A DNA stretch of 63,855 nucleotides, filler included, from Octopus bimaculoides (Eukaryota): assembly GCF_001194135.2 (NCBI RefSeq). It is 6 parts of 6 records of this genome, joined end to end, with 100 filler letters (N's around TTAATTAATTAA, not from the genome) between each part and the next. Parts side by side here need not be neighbours in the genome. Positions count along the whole stretch, not along the records: positions 27,660 to 40,004 come from NC_068985.1; positions 40,105 to 55,690 come from NC_069001.1; 4 more parts are not named here. One strand, 5' to 3'. Below the pieces are notes generated by a model that saw nothing but the letters and a program-made list of their open reading frames with translations, was not told where the DNA came from and did no database searches. Numbering within the stretch: the first letter of the stretch is position 1; each line of letters starts with the position of its first letter. This document shows positions 27,560 to 40,800 of this stretch, piece by piece. The position numbers and the translations under genes were made by a program.

Positions 27560-28439
27560 NNNNNNNNNNNNNNNNNNNNNNNNNNNNNNNNNNNNNNNNN
27601 NNNTTAATTAATTAANNNNNNNNNNNNNNNNNNNNNNNNNNNNNNNNNNNNNNNNNNNNTTACATCAAAATTTCTTGAATCGTTTAATTTTTAGTTTTTT
27701 CATTTTATCATGTACCTCTGTGTACGAAGAGGTGATGGTTTTTTTTGGGGTTCTTTTTTTTTGTAATTGTGTGTGTGAGTATCTGTCTTATCTTCAACAT
27801 TCAAAGCCACTAGTTTTACCCCATTTTTACTTCGAAGTTTTGGGTTTTTTTTTACTTTAATTCTTTGTTGTCCAATGAGACTGACAAAACAAGAAAGAAG
27901 AATAATCCGAATAATTTTATTCTTATCGAGCGACCTGTGAGCGTCTGAATTGGTTTTCGTAGCTGACGAAGTAGGGTGACAGCGAACAGAATTTAATCTT
28001 ACGATTGAATTGTGTCACTAACAGCCCTAACTAAAATGTGTTTTAGGACAAATCTAGGTGGAGATTCTTCCTCCAGGGAATATTTCTGCAGCGAAAGGCC
28101 TTATCATGTCCGAACACATTTGAACACGTTAACGATAACTGTACATAAATAGTAATATCCAGTTTTGTAGTTGGTATAGAAACCATTTGTTAGATTTCTG
28201 TAAACGCACCTCACGATATGTTTTATTAGAGTTAGTAAATAGTTTTCTGATATGTTAGAGATGTAATTAAGGTTTGATGAGATAATAGTAAAAATATGAT
28301 GCTGAAAGGGAATAAGAACGAAAGAATTTTGATGAGTTTTAACAACGAAGAGTTTCTCCCCTTTCTGAAATTCACAGAAAAGTTATATGGTAATAACTAG
28401 CTGGAGTAGAATCTGAGAAAAGAACTGCATGGGTTGAAG

Positions 28440-28750
28440 AGAAATAAATGTGGTTTGATGCCGTGGGTATTTGATATTCAGTTCCATGAATATAGAGCTT
28501 ATGTGAGTTACACGAGTAGTTGAGCATTAAAGGCATAAGTTGAAGAGTATTAGAGATATGTCTGCGATGGCATAGGCTTCTTATGTGAAAGGGCAAAGAG
28601 TGCTGTGTAAGAAAGACGCCATATGTTGGAGGTGGAGTCCGCTTGGTTGAAAGGAACTGAATAAGACAAGAAAATATTATTGATGTCATATCTAAGGACG
28701 CTGAAGCTCAGACAGGAAGTCTTGAACAACGGTCAATATGGTATGTCGCA
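28440..28750 (+). mobile_element. Highly decayed RTE-like LINE 3' remnant
   Basis: Weak LRWH..V.G..DVI.KD..R..W pattern; many stops. Confidence 0.3.
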
Positions 28751-28991
28751 CTTCAAACACTTCCAAACGCTGTCATCATAGAAAGCAGATGTTAAAATCA
28801 GAATGAGGATGAGAAAGCGGATGAAGAGGATGAGGAAGGAAGGAAGAGGAAGCGGAAACGAAGTAAGATAGCTGTATCCACGTGGTTCTACAAATAGAAG
28901 AACTAGTTGAGTGTGAGGCAATAACGATGACGACTGAGGAAATAGCATCATTTATGTATACGTGCATCAGTACACACATGCTGTACCTCCC

Positions 28992-29070
<79 letters not shown>

Positions 29071-29349
29071 ATATATCTGTACGTACATACGTACGTACGT
29101 ATATCTGCCTTTCCCAAGTGAATATGACCTGGTAGCAGGACAATGTTTTTACACGCCTCTTTAGTCAGGAGCAGACATGGACACTTTCTCAGCATTCCTT
29201 CTCTTGACCAAACGGAACTTTTCAGATGCGATAGTTAGAGGATGAAAAGTCCACACCGTTAGTCGACAGCGTTAGGCTTGTAGTCGTTTTCAGTTGGGAA
29301 GGCTGCAGCAACGTAAAGTGAGAACGCTTGGTCAATGGAAACAATTTTG

Positions 29350-29433
<84 letters not shown>

Positions 29434-29951
29434 AAGCGCAAGAACTGTGCTTTGAAGTTATTATAACTAGATTGGTAAGGGCAACGCAAGAAACTCGGTT
29501 AAATAATAAATTATATACATTTAAATTACAAAATTATATGCTCTACTTTAGCGTATTGAGTTCTATTTTTCTCGTTTGTATCACCAAACATTCACATACA
29601 CACGTACATGTGCAATGTATGTGCATAAATCACCCTTTTATGCGAACATTTTTATCTATGATATTTCTTGACTATATATATTACTGTTTTAACACACACA
29701 CTCAAATATTGTAAATACATGTAAAAGAAAGTAATGTATGCATACGTTTGTGTGTTCGTGCGTCTGTATATGTATGTAGAAATATTCTGTGTCTAGATGC
29801 TATACATACCATTAACCTCTGCAATTCTCATTACCCGAACTTCCACTTTGCCCCTCAGCCACCCCACTCTTCCTTCTCTTCGAATGATTCCCCAAACATC
29901 CTGATGCCATTGACATTAATTGACATTCCTGTTATATTTACTTATTTGCAG

Positions 29952-30107
29952 AAACCACCGCCCACAATGTCTTCCAATCGCATCTTAACAGTCCGGTTTT
30001 TCTCTGATGACACTGTCAACTGGAAAGGATTCTTTTTAACCTATAAACTCGCTGACAGTCACATTTCCGGCGGCGAATCTCAAGAGTTGCCCGAAGCTGA
30101 AGAATAA
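29952..30107 (+). CDS. Terminal coding exon of a CUB-domain protein, most similar in pattern to the last CUB of BMP1/tolloid-like metalloproteases
   Basis: Acceptor TTACTTATTTGCAG| at 29951, phase 0; KPPPTMSSNRILTVRFFSDDTVNWKGFFLTYKLADSHISGGESQELPEAEE*; FxSDDTxxxKGFxxxY is the CUB C-terminal motif (human BMP1 ends FHSDDTITKKGFHLRY, from memory). Upstream exons not identified. Confidence 0.8.
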   Translation, partial: KPPPTMSSNRILTVRFFSDDTVNWKGFFLTYKLADSHISGGESQELPEAEE

Positions 30108-31909
30108 ATTACAAATGACTGGAAGCCAAAAGAGCATTTGATTTGGTTTATACTCATGAAAAAAAAAAAAAAAAAAAANNNNNNNNNNNNNNNNNNNNNN
30201 NNNNNNNNNNNNNNNNNNNNNNNNNNNNNNNNNNNNNNNNNNNNNNNNNNNNNNNNNNNNNNNNNNNNNNNNNNNNNNNNNNNNNNNNNNNNNNNNNNNN
30301 NNNNNNNNNNNNNNNNNNNNNNNNNNNNNNNNNNNNNNNNNNNNNNNNNNNNNNNNNNNNNNNNNNNNNNNNNNNNNNNNNNNNNNNNNNNNNNNNNNNN
30401 NNNNNNNNNNNNNNNNNNNNNNNNNNNNNNNNNNNNNNNNNNNNNNNNNNNNNNNNNNNNNNNNNNNNNNNNNNNNNNNNNNNNNNNNNNNNNNNNNNNN
30501 NNNNNNNNNNNNNNNNNNNNNNNNNNNNNNNNNNNNNNNNNNNNNNNNNNNNNNNNNNNNNNNNNNNNNNNNNNNNNNNNNNNNNNNNNNNNNNNNNNNN
30601 NNNNNNNNNNNNNNNNNNNNNNNNNNNNNNNNNNNNNTATATATATATATATATATATATATATCTGCTCATATGTATATACGTATATATATGTACACAT
30701 ATATATGCATATATTTCTACATAAATTATGCAATATTAATATATATGTGTGTGTGAGTTTGTGTGTATATATATTAAAACATGTATAAATATATATAATC
30801 AGATATAGTATACACACACAAACACATGTATATAAATGTATGTATATGTACATATGTATATTTATATCAAAAGTGTCTATGTATAAATACATACATATAT
30901 ATAAACTTACTTACATATAAGCATATATATATATATATGCATTTATAATCACAAACACAAGAGCCATACGTATGTTATAATTCTGTTGAAGGAATGTACA
31001 AATTTGCAAATAATTGTTTGAATGAATATTTGAGTTTTCGAGTAAATGCCCATGAGTTTGTGTGTGTGTGTGTGTGTGTGCGTGTGTGTGTATGTGTGTG
31101 TATGTGTGTAGTCGTGGTTTGTTTGTCTGTGTAAGCATCTGTGGTAATAAAATATATATATATATTAGAATGAATGTGCCTGCTTGCATAAATGTGTGAG
31201 TTGATATAATATATACTAACTGTGCTAAATTCAAGTCTTTGTTGAATCTTTGAAAATGGTTAAAATCTTTCTTCCTCGGATCTTCACTTGCTTCAGTATA
31301 CTTTCTATATAAATAAAACACAAATGAACAGAATTTTTTTTACATATATATATATATATCATATTTTATACAATGCAGTCTTCAATTATATTAATTGTAA
31401 TAGATTGTTCTTCGAGAGGGTTATTCTTATAAAAATCACACGCACTGGTTATAAATCACTTCTTCAGTGTTCAGTAATCATTAATTAATAGTAACGATTT
31501 AATTAGTATGGTTTATGAAAGTTTCTCAGCTCATAAGGGGACTTATGAGTATCCCCTTTCTGCAGAAAGTAGAGGAGAGGATACTGAAAGGATCACCATT
31601 ATGCATTGGAAAATTTTAATAGAGATCAGTTGTGAGGTGAAAAACTTTGAAAAGCCACAGATGTGTGACGATAGACTTAGAAAAATCAATCATTATATAA
31701 TTACTTGACTAATTAGCTATGAAGAAGTGAACTGAAGCCAATGCTTATATTTTTATTGGCAAAACGTATCTCCAAAAGTACAACAAAACATTTTCATCTA
31801 ATGATTTTATATAATTTTGTGAGACTAATGCAAAAACTGTGGTCATATCTCGGGAGGGTCATTATGCTAATAAACAAACACACTGATTCTATCTCACTTC
31901 TTTTATTAT

Positions 31910-32320
31910 TGGTTTCAAATTTTGGTACAATGCCAGCAATTTGGGGGTAGAAGGTAAGTCGATTACATCAACTGGTATTTGTTTTTTCCACCGCAAAAGA
32001 ATGACCCTGGCGATATTTGAACTCAGAACGTAAATTCGGAAGAAATGTCGCTAAACATTTTCTCCGGCGCGGTAACGATTCTGCCAGCTTGCCGCTTTAT
32101 CATTTCTATTGTTATTAGTCAGAATCCGGCAGAATCGTTAACATGCCAGACACGATGCATAACGGCTTTTCTTTCGGCTTCACGTTCAGAGTTCAAATTC
32201 CGCCGAGGTCAACTTTGCCCTTATTTCATCGACCTTTCGGGGTCGATGAAATAAGTACCAGTTGAGCACTGGGTTCGATGAAACCGACTAGCTAAAATTT
32301 TATACATTGTGCCTATAATA
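31910..32320. mobile_element. Head-to-head pair of SINE family B copies
   Basis: Minus copy about 31910-32096 and plus copy about 32128-32320. Confidence 0.75.
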
Positions 32321-33055
32321 AAAAGTAGTCAGTTGGTTAACTATTTAACTAATTAACTAATCGAATCTTTAATTCGTCGTTTGGTCAATCAATAAATCGA
32401 TCAGACAAACTGATCTGAAGCAGACAAGGAATAGAGAGGATATATCATTGAAGAGGTCGTGAATGACGATTAAATGACTGACGAACCTAGCTGATTGCTC
32501 GATAGAACGAATAATCAGACAGTTGAGTGCTTAATTGATTAAATAACTAACCAGTTGACTAATAATAATAAACGAAGTGAAATGTAACCACTGCCTGTGT
32601 TTATTATTGGCATAACGACCCTCTCAGAATACAACAAAATATGTTTCAAAACACGAGTTCGCATCAAGAATCTTGCAAACCCAATACAAAAACGAAATAT
32701 AAACAATTAGAATATATTCGACCAGATAGTCCCAAACTGTGAATTTGTGGCTATCTTCTGTAGCATTTTTTCTCATGACAAAAGTGAAGTTTCTTCATTG
32801 AAAGGGCATAAATACCCTGGTATAGTGGCATTAAAGTTTTTTTTAATCTTTTTCCTTTTTTTTTTTTTAACAAATTGCAATATTGTACGAAAGTGTTATG
32901 AAAGTTAGAAGACAATAAATAATTCTAAAAGTCTTGAGATGCCACACTTCTCGATTTTCTAACCACATCTGCCACTCTTCCTTCCTTTCTTTCTTTCTTT
33001 CCATTTATATTTCTTTTTNNNNNNNNNNNNNNNNNNNNNNNNNNNCCTTCCCTCC

Positions 33056-33086
<31 letters not shown>

Positions 33087-33184
33087 CCTACCTTTTTATC
33101 TATCTAGCTCTCTCTCTCTCTCTCTCTTTCTCTCCCTCTCTCTCTATCTATCTATCTGTGTATCTACCTACCTACCTTTTTATC

Positions 33185-34400
33185 TATCGGTGGGTGGAGA
33201 ACAAACACAGACACACATACAGATATATACGTATTTACGACAGCTTTCTTTCAGTTTCCGTCCACCAAATCCATTCACAAGGCTTTGGTTGACCCGTGGA
33301 GGTTATAACAGACGACACTTACCAAAGGTGCCATGCACTAGGACTGGACCCAGAACCATGTGATTGGGAAGGAAGGTAAGAAGCTTCCTTCGGCCACGCC
33401 TGCCCCTGAAATGAGAGAAAAATGAAAAGCAATGTATTATCTTTTCTACTCTAGGCACAAGGCTTGAAATTTTTGGAGAGGGGGCCAGTCGATTAGATCG
33501 ACCCCAGTACGCAACTGGTACTTAATTTATCGACCCCGAAAGGATGAAAGGCAAATTCGACCTCGGCGGAATTTGAACTCGGAATATAATCACAGACGAA
33601 ATAACGCTAAGCATTTCGTCCGGCGTGCCAACGTTTCTGCCAGCTCGCCGCCTTAAGCAATGTATAAACAGGTCTGGACTACCTTTAATCATAAGCTGGC
33701 TTGGTAAGGGCTGACTCGAGGCTAAATCCTGTCATCAGAAAAAAAAGTCATTGACTTTTGTCTTTTAAACTTTCGGGAACGTTATGAGTTCAAATTCTGC
33801 CGAGGTCGACTTTGCTTTTCATCCTTTCGAAGTTGATAAATAACCAGTTGATCAATAGGGTCGATGTAATCGACTTATCCCTTTCCCCGAAATTGCTGAC
33901 CTTGTGCCAAAATTTGAAACTAATATCATTATTATTATTATCATTATTAAATCGGCGAGCTGGCAGAGTCGTTAGCACGCCCGGCGAAATGCCTAGCTAT
34001 ATTTTGTCTGTCTTTATGTTTTGAGTTCAAATTCCGCGGAGGTCGACTTTACCTTTCATCCTTTCGGGGTTGATAAATTAAGTACCAGTTGAGTACTGGA
34101 GTCGATCTAATCGACTATCCCCCTCCCTCAAATTTCAATCCTTGTGCCTATAATAGAAAGGATTATTATTGTTATTATTATTATTATTAAAGCAGCAAGC
34201 TTGCAGAATCGTTAGATGCGGGACAAAATGTTTAGCGACATTTCTTCCAGAAGTCCATGTGCTGGGTTCAATTGCTACCGAAGTCAACTTTGACATTCAT
34301 ACCTTCGGAGTCGATAAAATAAAGTACCTGTCAAGTACTGGAGTAGGCGTAATTGACCTCCGCTCCCCTCAAAACTGCTGGCCCTTGTACCAAAATTAGA
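33185..34400. mobile_element. SINE cluster: family A (-) 33185-33400; family B (-) 33445-33655; family B (+) 33785-33920, 33950-34165 and 34185-34400
   Basis: Repeated family B core GTCGAC(T)TT..TTTCATCCTTTCG; boundaries approximate. Confidence 0.85.
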
Positions 34401-35149
34401 AAGAATTATTAGCTTTGTTACTCTGGGTGCTAGAACCATTGGCAAGTTCAGAGGAGCTGTCGTTCATTTAAACGTAACACAGTGTAGAATATTTATAAAA
34501 ATAAAAAAAAAACCAAAAAAAAAAAAAAAAGCGGGATAGACCCTGTTGAAAGAGGAGCGAGAAACTGAAGTGTTTGACAGTGACAGAGGTTAGCTTTGGT
34601 GTGCATTATTTGAAGGTTATGGACAGAAACTTCCAGGACCGGTGCCTTTTGTTTGTTAGATGTGTCCAGGGGTACTTTGCATTTGTGTGTCGGAATGTGT
34701 ACGCAGTGATGAATCTGATGTAGAGGAGAAGGATATTTTGGGAGGAGTATTACATATTATGTAGAGGAGAAAGATATTTTTGGAGGGGTATTAGATATTA
34801 TTTACAGCATAAAGTTGTTTGCAAAGTTAACAGAAAATTTGGCGGGTTTCTTCATAGATATAGCTCGCTCTTCATGCTTAAAGAACTAACAGTTTACAGA
34901 ATTATCGTGTTTGATCAGAAGAGAGTTATTCTGCAAAGTTGGGAGACATTCTTTTGATACGAGGTCAACTGAAGTTTTTTTGGGGAAAAAAGCAAACAAA
35001 ATAAGATGGCCATCACTGAAAATAACCTTTCGGTAGCAAACAACGGTTGCCACTAATAAAAGCCGTTAAAGACCACCAAGAATATCATTGTAGCTGAAGC
35101 GGAAACCTCCCCAGCCAGAAAATGTATTTAAATCCTTAGCAAAACACTC

Positions 35150-36330
35150 CGATTTAGTAACTGCAAAATATCTCATAATAAAGGAGTTACTAGAAAGCAC
35201 GTGAATGAGATACCAATAAGTAAGAATTACTATTAACCTACTTAAATACAAAATACCAAAATACTTGTGATTCTTTTGTATTTGATAACATTAACTCAAT
35301 GAGACCCAAGGACGCGATATTTTCACAAAGGGATTGAAATAGCATCAAAATACATCGAGAAAAGAGACGACTGCGTTAAGTTTTGCGAACCACAAATAAA
35401 TTTGAAAAAAAAAATAGCCTTGGTCACAACTGATGGTGCTCCCAGTTTGGTAGACCGAAGTATTGATTTTGTAAAACAATTTACAGAAGCTATTGACCAT
35501 TGCAATGTTTCTTCGCATTGTATTGTATATCAGGAAGAATTGTGAGAGCTTTACAGATTTCAATGATGTGATGCGAATTGTAACCAAGATTGTCAATTTG
35601 ATAACACTAGAGCTTCGCTTAAACGATTATTTAATTTACATTTAAATGAAATACATTCGGTTTATATTGATTTATTAATGTACAGTAATGTATGGTGGTT
35701 GAGTCGTGGTTAAGTACGTTTGTCGCGTGCTTAAGTGAAAGGATCTTACTTTACACATGAAAAGCATTGAGCATGGCAGCCTTTAGCTAAATGATTTTGT
35801 TTAACACTGTAAACTTGATTTACAAATTATTCATTCTATCAGCAATGAAATTAACTGTAAACAACGAGGTTTGGGGAATCCTATTAACATGATATTTGTC
35901 TTAATCTAGCGTTTTTGAGAGTGAGCTCCACATATTTCAGTGTGATTTAAAAGTTTCGAGTACTTCCCACGGGCGAAGACATTGTTTGAAGAGATCAGAT
36001 GTAAGAATCTTGAATAATACGCAAAACACTTTATAGAAATTCCAACGATTCTAACTGAAAAGTTTTTCTCTAAATATGTGCAATTCGGCGGGTTACAGAA
36101 AACAACACTATTTATAAAATATCCTAATAAAGCACGGATCTGAAAGTTGATGCGTTTAAGTAGTTGGACTTAAGAGATCTAGAAAAGCAGACGGCCGCCA
36201 TTCATTACCAATGCTATTGAGAAGCCAGAATCCATTGCATTTAGAAGAAATTGAACGTAGACATGCTCAAGTATTTTTGACTAAACTTTCAAACAGTTGA
36301 CTTCTGAGAATGTAGAACTGAGTTACCGAA
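35150..36330 (+). mobile_element. Decayed hAT (Charlie/SPIN-like, GTF2IRD2/EPM2AIP1-type) transposase
   Basis: LVTTDGAPSLV, HCIVYQEEL, FNDVMRIVTKIVNLI and YSNVWWLSRG motifs in broken frames. Confidence 0.85.
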
Positions 36331-36502
36331 AATACTGATGCACTTAAAATTCTTATAAAATGTCATTCTAAACCACTTGTCTCACCAACGCATTCATGTG
36401 AAATATTATTTTTCTCAGCATTAAATAATATGGAAATAAGCAAAATCGCAAAACGGTTGTTGTTTAACTTTAAAAGGTCTACATCATATCCTTCCTATAA
36501 AG

Positions 36503-37766
36503 CAGACATGTCAAACTCCAGGCTCGCGGTCTACTTCTCGCCTGTGCAACAATTTCATCCGGGCCGTGGGACCATTTTGATATCAGCATGAAATTGGTCC
36601 AAATGGTGGCATCAGCAAATAGAGTACTTTGCTGCCCTCAGTAACACCCATGCCTTTCTGTTACAACTACACATACATAGTGTGTGGCTAAAGCAGGCCT
36701 TTACATTATATATAGCGCCGACTACACTACCTTTCTTACTAAGGGTGTCACCAAAAGTAGAAATAATTTAATACATGACTAGATACAACACCACGGTAAC
36801 TATTACACCCTGTCTGTACAAAAAAAAAAAGAAACACATTGAAGATGCATGATAACACAATCATATGTCTTAATTGTAACTTCAACAAAGCATACTGGGA
36901 AACGCCAGCGCTGATGAAGCAAAGTCTACTAATCCCATAATGCACCGCAACAGCCGCCTTACCGCTCTTTCTCTTTCGGGCGATCATTTTCACGTGACGT
37001 CATTCAATAGTAGCAGCTATCTATATGAATGGCCAAGAGTAAAAACAAAGCCTTTCAAATCCAGTTGAAAACCGAGTACATGTTTGCTGACATTGGTGGC
37101 AAACCCGTGTGTCGTAATTGTGGTGCTAATGTTGCTGTACTTAAAGAGTATAATCTCAAACGCCACTACGAGACAAAACATCAGGACAAGTATAAATACC
37201 TCCCTGATGAGCAGAAGCAACGAAAGGTAGACGAGTTGAAGAAGAATCTCACATTACAACAGACTTTTTAACCAAAGCAAAATCACAAAGTGAAGCTGCT
37301 ACTAAAGTAAGATTTATTGGGGCAGAGGAGACGAAAACCTGCAATCCATCCTGATAGTCTCAACAACACAGAACCTTGCCCCAAACGTCAATGAATTCGT
37401 TGCCAAGAAAAGATGCCAAGTATGTAGCTCGGACAAAATTACATAAAGAAAATTAAAAGTTTTGATTTATTATTTTAATTTTCACTAAACACCACATTTT
37501 TATTTATATTTTTTCTTTTGCAACAGGTTCTTATTTTAAATCTTTATAATTTTGACAGGAGATATTTTTATGCAGAGCAAAATATTTTAAGTAATTTAAG
37601 TTAAAGTTAATTTATTTATGGAGTAAAATTATATACCATCTCTCCCAAAACATGTTCATGTTCAAAAAGTTTTTAATCTGTTCAATAAATGTTTATCCTG
37701 TTCGGCCCGCGACCTAAAGTGTGCTTTGAGTTTTGGCCCCCTGTGCGATTGAGTTTGACATCCCTG
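36503..37766 (+). mobile_element. hAT non-autonomous element (internal deletion derivative) with TIRs and 8-bp TSD
   Basis: TIRs CAGACATGTCAAACTC / GAGTTTGACATCCCTG; TSD CTATAAAG (36495-36502) / CCATAAAG (37767-37774); contains transposase N- and C-terminal ends. Confidence 0.92.
37029..37430 (+). pseudogene. Truncated hAT transposase: N-terminal zinc-finger region fused by deletion to the C-terminal end
   Basis: MAKSKNKAF..EYMFADIGGKPVCRNCGANVAVLKEYNLKRHYETKH..LTLQQTF, frameshift, TKAKSQSEAATK..AEE, then LQSILIVSTTQNLAPNVNEFVAKKRCQV. Confidence 0.85.
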
Positions 37767-38599
37767 CCATAAAGCAACAAAATGCCATTAAAGTAAACGT
37801 AACATCTTAAATATAATTTTATTATCCTAGTTTTATGGTACATTATGAAATTTCAAGTTTTATTAAACTTCTACTTTGTAAATGTATTTAAGATTAGGTC
37901 GCTTTTTTATGAGGATTTACATAAAAAGTAAAATACGTCTGCATAAAAAGTGACACTCCAAAAGAAAAAGTGACACTCTAACAGAAAAACTGTTTAAGAT
38001 ATTAAAAATAAAATGTCGTACTCACTGTTGTGTGTGACCCGTCGACTTGATGGTAATAGCAGCTAAATCTCTCTCATATTATACCATACTATCTTCAAAA
38101 CAATAGTGACACGAACGATGTAACTATACAAAGAAGATAGGATGTTTACGAAAGGCTTACACTTTCGGTATTGGAACGTTAAAGTGGTTTCAGATTTGAA
38201 ACGATGATTTTCACTTATCAAACATTCCTTTCTTCAAAAATTTGATTTTGCGAAAAGTTTATCGATGCTTATCACATACAAATCAGAAATCGATTTCGTT
38301 ATCGAAGCAGAAAGACAAAAGGTGCACTGGCGATAACACGCATGCGTAATATATAGTTGTTTGAAGAGATGAGCTCTAAGGATCTTGATTAGTCTTTTCT
38401 ACTATAGGCACAAGATCCGAAATTTTGGGGAAGGGGGCCAGTCGATTAGATCGACCCCAGTACGCAACTGGTACTTAATTTATCGACCTCGAAAGGATGA
38501 AAGGCAAAGTCGACCTCGGCGGAATTTGAACTGTAATATATACAAAATATAATATATACAAAAACAAATGAAAGCTGAAAAAGTTTCCTCGGCGATTGC

Positions 38600-38830
38600 T
38601 TCATTGTATGGAAAGTCAGCATAGAGAAATTGAAATAAGTTTTGAAACATTCCTCAAAGGGATTAATAAAAATAAACAATTCACTGAGGAATATAACATA
38701 ACCAACTCCCATTTTCAGACATGTAATAAAGTCAACAGCCAAATAGAGATAAACGTTTACTATAAACCAACGGATACCAGACAATATCTTCCATTCAATT
38801 CATGTCATCTAAACAGACCAAATGAAACAC
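38600..38830 (+). mobile_element. Penelope-like element RT C-terminal fragment
   Basis: QFTEE..INVYYKPTDTRQYLPFNSCH matches the PLE FTxE..VYxKPTxTxxYLxFxSxHP motif. Confidence 0.75.
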
Positions 38831-39099
38831 ACTAATGATAAGATGCAAAGTTATGTTTATTTTCGTATATTTCTACTTTATTTATATTCGAAAAGTTTTC
38901 TCCTACTTTTTTTTTTATAAATTGCAAAGTCCTCGCTACGACACCATAAACATTTCGAAAATATATTTCCGATCATATAAACCACTTCGAATATTATTTT
39001 AGCAAATTTAAAGTGATTTCTTTTGTGTTGTAAACTATTTACCATTTCTGTGGTGCCCCGCTTCCCTTGATGCCTTAAAACGTGCTCAATCTGCTTAAT

Positions 39100-39650
39100 G
39101 GTTAATCTAGCGCTAATAATAAAGGGTCATATATTAAGCAACCGTTATTAGACTTTCTGGGTGGATTCTCAAGTGTGATTAACAGATTCCACGGATATTA
39201 TCTAACTAGCTCGTTCTTGGTCTGCCTCTAGGTCTCTTTCCGGTTAGCTCGGCTTGAAGAATCCTTCCTGAAACATTTTAAACTAACATGGCTCGACCTG
39301 GAGGGACACCCTGTTCTCCGAGCTACGCATCTAACGTTATTCCAGAGATCCTTCGAGAAACCTCGTATCGATTGCTTATAATCGCGATGATAGTCATTCG
39401 ATCTTTAACTTATATTCACGGCCATAGGTGAAAATTGGCAAAATAAGAAACAAAAAAAAAATGAATTACGGATTGCAAGTTTGGCTTTTTACCAACGTCT
39501 CTTGTTCTGGGTACCAAATGCTGAAGTTGGCACATTACTGTGCTAGCACCTGCAATTCTTGCATTCAGTTCAGCCACCTGCTTTCCTTCACTCTCGAATA
39601 CGGTCCCAAGATACTTAAACTTCACCACGTCTCAGCAATGTTCCATTAAC
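39100..39650 (-). mobile_element. RTE-clade (Rex3/Expander-like) LINE 3' remnant
   Basis: VKFKYLGTVFESEGKQVAELNARIAGASTVMCQL..YGRE..GKRPRGRPRT. Confidence 0.8.
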
Positions 39651-39812
39651 ATACTGGGGTGCACTGAGAAGACTTTCGCGAGAAATCAATGTTGCAGTAA
39701 ATATGGATTTAGAGAGCGAGAAGTAGACATACCTACATACCTACATACATACATACATACATACATACATACAGGCATGCATACAGACATACATACAGAC
39801 ATAAGACAGACA

Positions 39813-39973
39813 GACAGGTGGTGTAAACAACAAAAGGATGTATTAGTATGACGCTCGGGAATACGGAAAGTCTTTAACGTTTCGAGCTACGCTCTTCAAC
39901 AAAAAGAATACGGAGACAAGGAGAAAAACACGGAGAAAAAAAATTGAATAGTGTTCAGTCAACGGTCAATCAT
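39813..39973 (-). mobile_element. Short Penelope pLTR-like repeat with hammerhead-like motif (copy 1)
   Basis: 39842-39973 differs at only 2 of 132 positions from the copy within 59203-59394. Confidence 0.65.
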
Positions 39974-40439
39974 AGTAATATATATATATATATATATATA
40001 TATANNNNNNNNNNNNNNNNNNNNNNNNNNNNNNNNNNNNNNNNNNNNTTAATTAATTAANNNNNNNNNNNNNNNNNNNNNNNNNNNNNNNNNNNNNNNN
40101 NNNNTATATATATATATATGATATAAATATATACACCGCCCCCAAAAATTGCTGGCCTTGTGCCAAAATTTGAAACCCTCGGCTACCGAAGTAAAGCATC
40201 GAGCTGGCAGAATCATTACCGCACCGGACAAAATGCTTTGAGTCATTTCATTTGTCTGCATTCTGAGTTCAAATTCCGCCGAAGTCGACTCTACCTTTTA
40301 TCCCCTTCGAGGCCGCTAAAATAAGTACCAGTTGAGCACTGGGGTAGATATAATCGGCTAATCCCCTCCTCCGAAATTGCTAGCCTTGTGCCAAAATTTG
40401 AAATCGATATACTTTAGGGAAATCAGCAACGTCCGTTCG

Positions 40440-40800
40440 AAACTTTAGGCCCAATAAGATATGCACAAAAGCGGTAAGACCTTCATCCCTCTATAGATAT
40501 GGTTGTGAGACAAACCGGAGGAAGATCTCTCTCCATAATGGCCGCAAACTCGGGAACATTGCAGTATCGTATAAGATCTTCAAAAGATCATTCCCTCAGC
40601 AACGGGTTAATATCAGAGTAACCTTCTCTCAGACACGTTCTTTGATAAAAGCTAAGAGACACCACAATCCTAGGGAGCTAATAGTTACCAACCCATTTAT
40701 CTGTATATCGTCTGCCACAGACTTGTGAATGTGGCAGAATCAGAAGACATTTAAAATGACGAAGACCACAACGTGAACAGCGGGTTTATATCGAATAACT
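40440..40800 (+). mobile_element. Decayed RTE-like LINE fragment
   Basis: AVRPSSLYRYGCET resembles VxPxLLYGCETW; the remainder is weak. Confidence 0.35.

Noticed and set aside
27604-27615. TTAATTAATTAA islands centred in 100-bp gaps (also 40049-40060, 55735-55746, 59957-59968, 61800-61811), superficially a regularly recurring motif
   Set aside because: Flanked by about 44 Ns on each side and gives stop codons in all six frames: an assembler padding sequence, not biology
28048-28150. Frame TNLGGDSSSREYFCSERPYHVRTHLNTLTITVHK after a TTTTAG acceptor, vaguely CUB-like
   Set aside because: No good donor, runs into a stop and lacks the core CUB residues; insufficient support
30103-30178. AATAAA overlapping the CUB stop codon plus an A-run about 50 nt downstream, suggesting a retrocopy
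   Set aside because: The exon retains an intron and splice acceptor upstream, and the A-run abuts a gap; a genomic A-tract is more likely
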